A stretch of 64,000 nt of DNA from Candidatus Nomurabacteria bacterium. GTDB taxonomy: Bacteria > Patescibacteriota > Minisyncoccia > Phycocordibacterales > UBA9973. Shown one piece after another: positions 54,881 through 62,984 of the stretch (positions are counted from its first letter, which is position 1; each line of letters starts with the position of its first letter). The notes under the pieces are model-generated. The model was given only the letters and a program-made list of their open reading frames with translations. It did no database searches and had not been told where the DNA came from. Both the position numbers and the translations under genes were made by a program. Location: positions 146,957 through 210,956 of the forward strand of contig JAIOPO010000005.1 of NCBI GenBank assembly GCA_021413905.1, given 5' to 3'.

Positions 54881-57400
54881 ATGAAAATTTTTATTCGCAA
54901 TAATCTATATCGCTCAAAAAAATTTTGGCTCACAAAAAAATGGTTTGAAGAAAAACCAATTTTTAGCTTTTGGGCAAAAATCTTTAAACTCGACTTTAAT
55001 ATAAATAAGGGTAAATATTCGGCACGCTTATTGTGGCCTTCAATTTTTCCCTTCATTCGGACCCTTATCTATTCTGTTTTTATAATCGCAATTTTTGAAA
55101 CGTACAGTTACTTTTTTCCAGTAGACCAAAAGATATTTAGCGATCAAGTTACCGATACACTACTTTCGGCAATTGCCAGTGTTTCCGGTGTATTCCTTGG
55201 TCTTTATTTTACAGCTGTTTCCGGTATTGCTAGTAATTTTTTATTGCGTGCCACTCAAAACATAAGGCGTTACTTCCTCTCAACTCCAATTGGAGAACAA
55301 TACGTTAAAACCGTAGCCCTTACAGGCATCATAAGTATTTTTTACCTCTTGGCAAAATCGTTTGGACACCCAATACATCCAGTTGGCTTAGTATTTCTTT
55401 GTATTGGTGGAGCCTATATCATAATCAGATTTTGGAGTGTTGGATCAAATGTTTTCTATTCATTGGAACCAACTGTTGCCCTGCCTTCAATCGGTAAAAA
55501 CATTGCAGACCTATTGAGGGGGGTTACGCCACCGGGTTTTAAATGGGATAAACCAGCAATACAAAATCATCAAAGACGCCTAGTGTCAGATAATTTAGAG
55601 CTTGCTAAAGACCTTATTAATTTTGGAATTAAAGAGATAAAGCTTTCAAATGAACAATTGCATATTGCTCTTCGTTATTTAGGTGGTTTGCTTTTTTTGT
55701 ATCCTCAATACAAGAAGAAGATACCGACTAATAGCTTTTGGTTCAAAACAAAAAATCAGTACGATAGTTGGACCTTGGCGGATTCAACACAAATCGCTCT
55801 TGCCTTAAACACTGGCACAAGTTTGCAACCCAAGACAATCAAAGATTTTACTTGGTTTGAAGAAGAAACTTTGGATATGAGTGTAAATATTTTTGAGTTT
55901 TACGCCAAAGAGAAAAATGTTGCCTCTGTATTCCAAGGACTAGAACTTTTTGTAGAAATCGCTGAAGTTTATGCGAATGATTTTGATGAGGAAGGACTAA
56001 AGCTTCTTTTACAGAAAACAGAAAAGGTTGCAGGATTGATTGACCTAGAAAAAGTAGCAGATCCAAAAAATGTTCGGTATAAAGAACAAATGGCTTTTAT
56101 TGATACTCAAGGTCGGTTAGCGATAGGAGCGGTGCTTGGATTGGCTAGGTATCTTGATACTGCTTCTGCGGAAAGCTTATCCACGACTATTTCAAATATT
56201 AAATGGTATTCAAATAGAGACATTTATCTTACTGGGTTACCTTTGTCGGTTCTATCGCGTCTGGAATCCACTGCAAGTGATTTAAAGGCTGAAATGCTAA
56301 TTGAGGGTAAGCAACTTTCCCCTGAGTGGTATATACGCACTCTTTGCGTTCAGAAATACTTATTCGCACTCTTAGGTTATTTCAAATATCTAAAGACTCT
56401 TCATTCAACTTACTTTGAACCAAAGCTTGGGAAATTACTTGCCGAGGATCAATTAGGTCTTGCTGTTCAATTGGTGCAACGCTGGATCGAGTTTACTCAC
56501 AAATATAATCGGCTCGTTGGATTGATTGCAAAACATATTGAAGATTGCGTACCTTATCACCAAGTCAAAGATCTTTCTTGGATAGAGTTTAGTGCGGACG
56601 AAGAGTATAAAACCGCAAGGGACCGCGAAAAAGAAGTAACTGATAAAATGATTAGATTATTGCCTCGATTAATGACAATGCCTACCGAAAGCGATATGCC
56701 AGACTACTTTGGGCAAGCTCTTACGCAAGGCGTTCAGGCCTGTTATGAGGCGTGTGAGGAGAACGACCCAGTTAGATTGAAAGCAATATTCCCGGTTGTT
56801 TTTATAGCTTCACTTTCGGCTTTTGATATGACCCGAGTGAGAGTTCAAAACTGGTCCGAAGAACAAAGCAAAATAATCTATTCAACAGAACCTCTTATAA
56901 ATCTCTACGAACTAAGTGGATTTGCTAAATTGTATTCAGAGCTCTACCAAAACACGGAGCTTTGGAATGTTGTGCAAACACCGTGGGACACTTATTTGGG
57001 TGGTATCGATGCAGTACAAGAAATTACACGCATAGCGGCCATTACTAACTATCGATGTGGACTTTTCATGATCATGCCACAAGCAACCTTACGAACAAAC
57101 TGGCAAATGCGATTTAGTAATAAAATGAGAGAACAAGGTTTAGCTGTTTTCCCCGACAGTAGAAGTTATGACTATGTAAATGGCCGAGAAGATCCTGCGC
57201 ATGCGAGCGCGGTTATTCGTGTAGTTACTCGATCAGGTGGTTTGAGTTTATCTACAGGTCAGACTGTATTTTTCGTAACATATTTATCCCAACACCCGGG
57301 GGCAACAGGAATTGATCTACCAGACCAACGCGACATGAGAGAACAAATACAACGAGAAGAAGAAAGATCTAATGAGGAAGAAAACAACGACTATGAATAA
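54881..57400 (+). CDS. Large membrane protein (4 N-terminal TM helices + helical cytoplasmic domain)
   Basis: 839-aa ORF; hydrophobic segments in the first ~190 aa. Confidence 0.8.
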   Translation: MKIFIRNNLYRSKKFWLTKKWFEEKPIFSFWAKIFKLDFNINKGKYSARLLWPSIFPFIRTLIYSVFIIAIFETYSYFFPVDQKIFSDQVTDTLLSAIASVSGVFLGLYFTAVSGIASNFLLRATQNIRRYFLSTPIGEQYVKTVALTGIISIFYLLAKSFGHPIHPVGLVFLCIGGAYIIIRFWSVGSNVFYSLEPTVALPSIGKNIADLLRGVTPPGFKWDKPAIQNHQRRLVSDNLELAKDLINFGIKEIKLSNEQLHIALRYLGGLLFLYPQYKKKIPTNSFWFKTKNQYDSWTLADSTQIALALNTGTSLQPKTIKDFTWFEEETLDMSVNIFEFYAKEKNVASVFQGLELFVEIAEVYANDFDEEGLKLLLQKTEKVAGLIDLEKVADPKNVRYKEQMAFIDTQGRLAIGAVLGLARYLDTASAESLSTTISNIKWYSNRDIYLTGLPLSVLSRLESTASDLKAEMLIEGKQLSPEWYIRTLCVQKYLFALLGYFKYLKTLHSTYFEPKLGKLLAEDQLGLAVQLVQRWIEFTHKYNRLVGLIAKHIEDCVPYHQVKDLSWIEFSADEEYKTARDREKEVTDKMIRLLPRLMTMPTESDMPDYFGQALTQGVQACYEACEENDPVRLKAIFPVVFIASLSAFDMTRVRVQNWSEEQSKIIYSTEPLINLYELSGFAKLYSELYQNTELWNVVQTPWDTYLGGIDAVQEITRIAAITNYRCGLFMIMPQATLRTNWQMRFSNKMREQGLAVFPDSRSYDYVNGREDPAHASAVIRVVTRSGGLSLSTGQTVFFVTYLSQHPGATGIDLPDQRDMREQIQREEERSNEEENNDYE

Positions 57401-58439
57401 ATACTTTAAAAAAATTAAAGAGGCAGTGTTGGTCTACTTAAAAGATCCTCTTTTATTGCGAAAGTGGGATCAACCAGATTATTACCGATATAGAGGACGT
57501 GGTGATGATAATAATCAGTTGTCATTCAGGAGTTCACGAAACAGACGTCATGGGTATCATTATCACGGTACGTCTTCAATGTTTATTGAAGATATGTTTA
57601 GCGGAATAATGCCGTTTATGATTTATAGCGGCGTTAGAGAAAAGTATCCTGCAAAAATTGAACCAGCCGCACCCGACAAAGAAGCAATAATTGCTCAAGG
57701 TCTTTCTGGTCGCAGACATCGAACAGCATTAGGTGAAGGTCTTTGTGATTTTATTCGTGATACAGCACATGTGCTTTTTCAAGACGGCGTAGCAATATAC
57801 GAAATTATTTATAAAAAGAACGAAGCTGGAGAAACCGAAAGCTATAGCTTTGAATTAATGGACCATTATGGTCTATATAGATTTTTTGGCAATTACTATC
57901 AATTTGTTTCTTGGGCTGATGCAAAGGCTTCACATACCAAAGTTCAAATAATCAAAATACCGAAAGAAAAAGTATTACGCATCGAGTTCCCAAAAGAACT
58001 CGGTGGGCAAAAACGTATCAATAAAATATTAAAACGATCATGGGAACTCGGACAAGAGATTATTCCTAAATTTCAAATGGACGCAATGGAAAAACAAGAA
58101 AACATTGGCTTTGATTCAAAGATATATACGGAAGCAAAGTATTTAGAAATTGCGACTCTTACAAAAGACTTGGGATGGAACCAGCGTCAGTTATCAACCA
58201 ACCATATTACGGAATATTATGCCCTTCTACGTCTTCTTAGGCAAAAGAAAGTAGAAGCTACTGTTCGAGAAATGATTTTTACCAAACTTAATGAAGCCTT
58301 AAATGGATCAGTTTTAAACTTTGGTGCTCAAGTTTCAATGGATAATCTTTTTACCGCTTCTGATATTGATGTACGTGTCAAAAAACTTAAAGAAGGTAAC
58401 ACAACTTTTATTGATTTGTTCACCGATACAAGTTTTTAA
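57393..58439 (+). CDS. Hypothetical protein with weak portal-like motifs
   Basis: Overlaps the upstream stop; FIRDTAHVLFQDGVAIYEII...AGE and IPKEKVLRIEFP segments. Confidence 0.7.
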   Translation: MNKYFKKIKEAVLVYLKDPLLLRKWDQPDYYRYRGRGDDNNQLSFRSSRNRRHGYHYHGTSSMFIEDMFSGIMPFMIYSGVREKYPAKIEPAAPDKEAIIAQGLSGRRHRTALGEGLCDFIRDTAHVLFQDGVAIYEIIYKKNEAGETESYSFELMDHYGLYRFFGNYYQFVSWADAKASHTKVQIIKIPKEKVLRIEFPKELGGQKRINKILKRSWELGQEIIPKFQMDAMEKQENIGFDSKIYTEAKYLEIATLTKDLGWNQRQLSTNHITEYYALLRLLRQKKVEATVREMIFTKLNEALNGSVLNFGAQVSMDNLFTASDIDVRVKKLKEGNTTFIDLFTDTSF

Positions 58440-58454
58440 GATTTGAAATCTAGC

Positions 58455-58464
58455 TGTTGGTAAC
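58455..58464. repeat. TGTTGGTAAC site (right bound of E3 insert)
   Basis: Followed by TCTACTACACAATAA; 83 bp from RNA copy D, the same spacing as in E1. Confidence 0.85.
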
Positions 58465-58546
58465 TCTACTACACAATAAACTCGATATAAGCTAAAGTAC
58501 AAAAATACCTGTGAAAATGGTATAATTCGTTTACAACTGAATAAGA

Positions 58547-58732
58547 GACCTAACCCCTCAGGGATTTTCTTGAGGATATGGTCGAAAGCCCTATCAAGCA
58601 TAAAGAACCCGTCATGGGGTCGCTTGATAGGCCGTATTGGGAAACTGGTACGAGAGGTTTCGACCTCTACCCGTGGCGGGCTTTTTGTGTAAAAGCTCGA
58701 TACGGAATTATTAACTAAGTCCTATCAAGCAA
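58547..58732 (+). ncRNA. Conserved structured leader RNA motif, copy D
   Basis: GACCTAACCC..GATATGGTC; X=CCTATCAAGC at 58590 and 58721, antiX at 58622; CGTATTGG-GAAA-CTGGTACG; CCCGTCATGG/CCGTGGCGGG stem then T-run; TGGTATAAT upstream. Confidence 0.8.
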
Positions 58733-59350
58733 ATGAATAATGAAAATACAGAGCCTGTTAAATCAGTCTCAGGTAGCTTAATAATCCTTTGGCTTCTAGG
58801 TGTATCCGTAGCTATTATGGGTATCGCTGGAGGATCTATCACGGTTATATTAGCTGGGATAATTTTATTACCAATCACTAATACTCTCATCAAGAAGTAT
58901 CTCAAGATAAATCTATCGAGTATGGCTCGGGTCGTAATCGCCGTACTGCTCATTGTCGTAGGTTCTATCGCTTCAAGTTCTCTAGATGAAGCACGCGAGA
59001 AAGTTAGTGAAAATTCTTCAATTGACACAGTTTCTCAAGAAGAAGTTTACAGTGAGATTGCCTCATTTAGTGGCAAGGGCAACCAAGATACAGGATCGTT
59101 TTCTGTTACAGGTAAAAAAGTAAGAATAACAGCAACTACATGTTGTGGTAGCAGTTCATCGGGTACTTATTCAGGAGTGAGCCTCAAAAAAGAAAATGAC
59201 GGTTACACTGGCCCAGGTTTGTCTATTTCTACAGAGGGGTCTGAGAAGGGTCAAGGACAAACGACTTACCGCAATCTTACACCTGGTCAGTATTACATCC
59301 AGGTCATTACTGGAGTTAACTGGGAGGTTAAGGTTGAGCAAGTAAACTAG
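58733..59350 (+). CDS. Membrane protein with extracytoplasmic beta domain
   Basis: Three TM helices, then FSGKGNQDTGSFSV...GQYYIQV...WEVKVEQ. Confidence 0.78.
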   Translation: MNNENTEPVKSVSGSLIILWLLGVSVAIMGIAGGSITVILAGIILLPITNTLIKKYLKINLSSMARVVIAVLLIVVGSIASSSLDEAREKVSENSSIDTVSQEEVYSEIASFSGKGNQDTGSFSVTGKKVRITATTCCGSSSSGTYSGVSLKKENDGYTGPGLSISTEGSEKGQGQTTYRNLTPGQYYIQVITGVNWEVKVEQVN

Positions 59351-59352
59351 CT

Positions 59353-60150
59353 ATGAAACTTCAATTACCAAGTTTCGTCAGTAGGTATTTCAATAGAAAG
59401 GATGGTCTCAAGAAATATCAGGAATCGATCAGTTCGTTCCTCTCTGATAGTGAATTATCTGTTGAAGAAAATGACAAATTAGTCGAGATCCAAAAAGAGT
59501 TTGGTTTATCAGTAGATGATGTGGGTAGTATTCATAAAAAATCAGTCGCTTCCGTATTTACCAGTATTGGTTCCGACAAGCGAATTACCGATGACGAAAA
59601 GAATGCCCTCGAGAAGTTACTTAACCATTTCAATCTAACGAAGAGTGATATCTCTTTCAATCAAGACAGTTTTAACAAGTACTATACGCTCGCACTTGTG
59701 GATAAGGGCGTATTGCCGACGATAGACAATGCTCAAGCTGAAGTAAATATTGTCTTCAAAGAGGGAGAGACTCTCCATTGGGCGGTCGCGGCAAGTATGA
59801 TGAAGCGTAAACGAGTAACTACTCGCGTCAATTATGGAGGATTTACTGGTTCAATAAAAATTATGAAAGGTGTGCGTTATCGTGTTGGTTCAATTGGGGT
59901 ACAGAGTGTATCAAAGGAGATATTAGACAATGAAGATTCTGGTATATTTTATGTGACCAATCAAAGAATTGGATATATAGGTTATCGTAAACAATTTTCA
60001 TTCCCATTTAAGAAGATTGGTTCACTCGAATTACGTTCTGATGGCCTCCACATCTTTAAGGATGGGAAAGAAGCACCGTACATTCTTGAACTGCGTGATT
60101 ACGAAGTGGCGCTAGCAATGATTTCTTCGATTCTTAACAAAGTTGAGTAG
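59353..60150 (+). CDS. Hypothetical protein (TerB-like helical N-terminus, PH-like C-terminus)
   Basis: SDSELSVEE/SDKRITDDEK repeats; DSGIFYVTNQRI. Confidence 0.7.
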   Translation: MKLQLPSFVSRYFNRKDGLKKYQESISSFLSDSELSVEENDKLVEIQKEFGLSVDDVGSIHKKSVASVFTSIGSDKRITDDEKNALEKLLNHFNLTKSDISFNQDSFNKYYTLALVDKGVLPTIDNAQAEVNIVFKEGETLHWAVAASMMKRKRVTTRVNYGGFTGSIKIMKGVRYRVGSIGVQSVSKEILDNEDSGIFYVTNQRIGYIGYRKQFSFPFKKIGSLELRSDGLHIFKDGKEAPYILELRDYEVALAMISSILNKVE

Positions 60151-60156
60151 TGGAGT

Positions 60157-61656
60157 TTATATTCCTAACTTTTTAAACTCATCAGAATACTTTTGTGCAA
60201 TATCAGCTATTTTTTCTACTTTGATTGTATTCAGATCGAAAACAAAGCATTCGTCATTGATATCAAGGATATACTTCAATGATTCTTCAGTGTAAAGATG
60301 TTCTGTCGCCACATCTATGAGTCTTGCAAGGCTCAGGTTCATCAAATCGACTTCTTCTTCGTACAGGTTAACAAATTCTGTATACCTCTCGCTCATGTCT
60401 ACGTCGAACAATGTCGAGGTGTTTTGGGTTAGTTTTTTAAACTGACAAAGTGTCTGATGATTCATAATCGGTGTTGCATTTTTTTCAATAAAAAGAAACA
60501 TGCTTGATATCGGGAATAGAATCTCGATCTGCTTTTTGTATTCCGATATGAAGTCAGTATCTTCACTGCAAGTATATAAACTTTCTCCAGTTACCACTTC
60601 AATTTTTCTAGTCATTTCTAAAAAGTCTTTTTCAACTGTTTTCTTATTCAACTTTTTTGAATCAAAAAGTTCCTCAAAATACTGTTTTGACTTTTGTAGT
60701 TCTTCATACCAAGCCATGAATAATTCCTTATGGTTCTTTTTCGTATTTCCGTTCCATGTATCAAAACGCTCACTCACATAAATTGGTGAGTAGTCATTAA
60801 TAAACAACCCGTCACCTAGCCACTCAAATAGTGTATCCTTAACAAGTTTTTCAATGGATATGTGTCTGCTTTTTGCATATTCTTCAACGAGAGTCAGAAT
60901 GCCATCTTCGGTATCAATATCCTTTTTACAAGACGCAACGCATCTGTCAGTCACTATTTTTCTGAACAAGTCCTTGATTGGAAGTTCTGCGAAGAATGCA
61001 TGAGGAAGAAAGCCGTCCTTTTCAGCCGTACTCTTTTTGATTTTCTTGGCACCCTCGTAATACATTCGGGAATATATGCGATCAACAATCAGGTTCTTAT
61101 CATCACTACTCAATGACCCATCTTTATATCGTTCATACAGGAAGACCTGATCATTCATATACTTTTCACAACCAGTAATTTCTGCATCCAAGAGAAGAAA
61201 GTCATCGCGTATTTCCTTTGAGAGGTTATAAAAAGTGAAAAGGTGCAATAAGTTCTCATATCGCAAGTATGTATTTCGTATGAGAAAGCGTATGCTTTCA
61301 TCGGTAGTAATATCTTTTGTGAACACCCGCTCGGATATATGCTTGAGTCTTTTTGCATAAGAAAGAAAATGATCAAGCATTCTCTGGTTTCGAAGGAGTG
61401 ACAGTTCAGAGCGATACAGGAACATCTGCGTATCCATCTTCATCGTATCTTCAAGCTGAACAATATTTATGTACTTGTTGTATTCACTTGCTTCTGGTCT
61501 GTTCGGATTCCATCCTTTAGTTAGAGCATATATATCAGACTCGGACAGACCATCTTTTCCTGTTTTTTCTCGGTGAATATCATTATGAACAAGTGCTTTC
61601 ACTCGTTCAAATGGAGTTATGTTTGATCTTCTTAAAATATTGGTGAGACTTTTCAT
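60157..61656 (-). CDS. Hypothetical protein (499 aa) occupying the TerL position
   Basis: Long ORF; no Walker A/B or RNase H-like motif seen. Confidence 0.75.
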   Translation of the reverse strand: MKSLTNILRRSNITPFERVKALVHNDIHREKTGKDGLSESDIYALTKGWNPNRPEASEYNKYINIVQLEDTMKMDTQMFLYRSELSLLRNQRMLDHFLSYAKRLKHISERVFTKDITTDESIRFLIRNTYLRYENLLHLFTFYNLSKEIRDDFLLLDAEITGCEKYMNDQVFLYERYKDGSLSSDDKNLIVDRIYSRMYYEGAKKIKKSTAEKDGFLPHAFFAELPIKDLFRKIVTDRCVASCKKDIDTEDGILTLVEEYAKSRHISIEKLVKDTLFEWLGDGLFINDYSPIYVSERFDTWNGNTKKNHKELFMAWYEELQKSKQYFEELFDSKKLNKKTVEKDFLEMTRKIEVVTGESLYTCSEDTDFISEYKKQIEILFPISSMFLFIEKNATPIMNHQTLCQFKKLTQNTSTLFDVDMSERYTEFVNLYEEEVDLMNLSLARLIDVATEHLYTEESLKYILDINDECFVFDLNTIKVEKIADIAQKYSDEFKKLGI

Positions 61657-61657
61657 A

Positions 61658-61855
61658 TTATTTTCTCCTTCTTAGTGATTCTTCTAAAAACTCAACACGC
61701 TCCTTCAATTCCGTGTTGACGATGTTTTTGGAAAGTGTAGAGGCAAGCTTGGCGATCATAGATGCTTGCTTGAGTGACATTTCTTTATTTAGTACCTTTC
61801 GTATGGTATCTGAAAGAATGTTATTTATTTCTTCTAGATTAATTGGTTTAGTCAT
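61658..61855 (-). CDS. Small helical hypothetical protein
   Basis: 65 aa; 1-bp spacing to both neighbours. Confidence 0.7.
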   Translation of the reverse strand: MTKPINLEEINNILSDTIRKVLNKEMSLKQASMIAKLASTLSKNIVNTELKERVEFLEESLRRRK

Positions 61856-61856
61856 A

Positions 61857-62231
61857 CTAGTTATTTTCTACGATTTCAAACCAAGCTCTCACTTCATGAG
61901 CCTTTCCACTTTTAATAATGTTTTTGTAGAGTGCAAAGATAACATTTGGGGTTAACTTTCTTGCCCAAGAATTTATATCCTGAACTAATCCATCTTTCTC
62001 GAGTCTTTTGTTCCAGTCAGTCAATGTACCAGTATTGACTCCATACTTTTTTGAAAAATCTATCTGTGTTTTTATAGCAAGTAGCTCGAATGCTGATTCT
62101 TCTTCAATACCAAACTTCTCAAGTGCTACCCTCGGTTGTCCTTTTAGGAATGAAGGAAGAGACTTCCAAAGAGCATACCTTTCGTATGTTTGTTTCTTGT
62201 ATGGATCTTTAGAAAAGTCTTCTTCTTGCAT
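61857..62231 (-). CDS. HTH protein (terminase small subunit-like), E3
   Basis: TQIDFSKKYGVNTGTLTDW HTH; same position as the TerS-like genes. Confidence 0.68.
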   Translation of the reverse strand: MQEEDFSKDPYKKQTYERYALWKSLPSFLKGQPRVALEKFGIEEESAFELLAIKTQIDFSKKYGVNTGTLTDWNKRLEKDGLVQDINSWARKLTPNVIFALYKNIIKSGKAHEVRAWFEIVENN

Positions 62232-62234
62232 AAG

Positions 62235-62984
62235 TTAAACTTTTACCGCTTTCATTCCCGTGAGTTTTTCGAGTCTTGCGACAGATATCTTTACATACGA
62301 TTCATCAAGCTCGATACCTATACACTTTCGACCTAGGTGCTGGCATGCAATCGCTGTTGATCCGCTACCAAGAAATGGATCGTAAATAATATCTCCGATC
62401 TTAGTTGAGTCAGGAATGATTCTTCTCAGTAACCCAATAGGTTTTTGAGTAGGGTGAAGTTTTGACTTACTTGGTCTAGGATAATAAATTACATTCTTTG
62501 ATTTAGATCTTTCTGTTTTATGTTTTCCAAACCAGCCATAGGCAATCAATTCGTATTGAGATAGGTAGTCCTTGCGACTCATGACGGGCTGATTTTTGAG
62601 CCAAATAATCATTTGGCTGTAATAGAAACCTGCTTGTTTCATTCCAGAACGTAGACTTGGGAACATAGGGTCTGCGTTGAAGATATAGACCACATTGTGC
62701 TCTTCAAGATACGGAATAGTAATACCGAGATATTTCTTGGTAAAGTTTTCATATTCTTCTTCGCTTTGCAGATGATCGCCTGCAATTATTTTTTCATCTT
62801 TAACTCCAAGTTTTGCAAATCCTTTTTTATTCTCGACATACGCGACTCCATAAGGTGGGTCGCAGAGAATTGCTCGTATCTTGTTTTTACCAATCACTTT
62901 CTTAACAAATTCTCTGTCAGTAGAGTCACCGCATCCAATGAAATGATTTCCAACCTGAAAAATATCTCCTTTATTTACTTTCAT
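62235..62984 (-). CDS. N4/N6 DNA methyltransferase, E3
   Basis: CDPPY, HPTQKP, YDPFLGSGST; homologous to 32584-33348. Confidence 0.92.
   Translation of the reverse strand: MKVNKGDIFQVGNHFIGCGDSTDREFVKKVIGKNKIRAILCDPPYGVAYVENKKGFAKLGVKDEKIIAGDHLQSEEEYENFTKKYLGITIPYLEEHNVVYIFNADPMFPSLRSGMKQAGFYYSQMIIWLKNQPVMSRKDYLSQYELIAYGWFGKHKTERSKSKNVIYYPRPSKSKLHPTQKPIGLLRRIIPDSTKIGDIIYDPFLGSGSTAIACQHLGRKCIGIELDESYVKISVARLEKLTGMKAVKV

Noticed and set aside
22050-58464. Classical integron (GTTRRRY sites)
   Set aside because: There is no tyrosine integrase IntI, no RYYYAAC...GTTRRRY attC hairpins after the genes, and the core GTTGGTA does not fit GTTRRRY.
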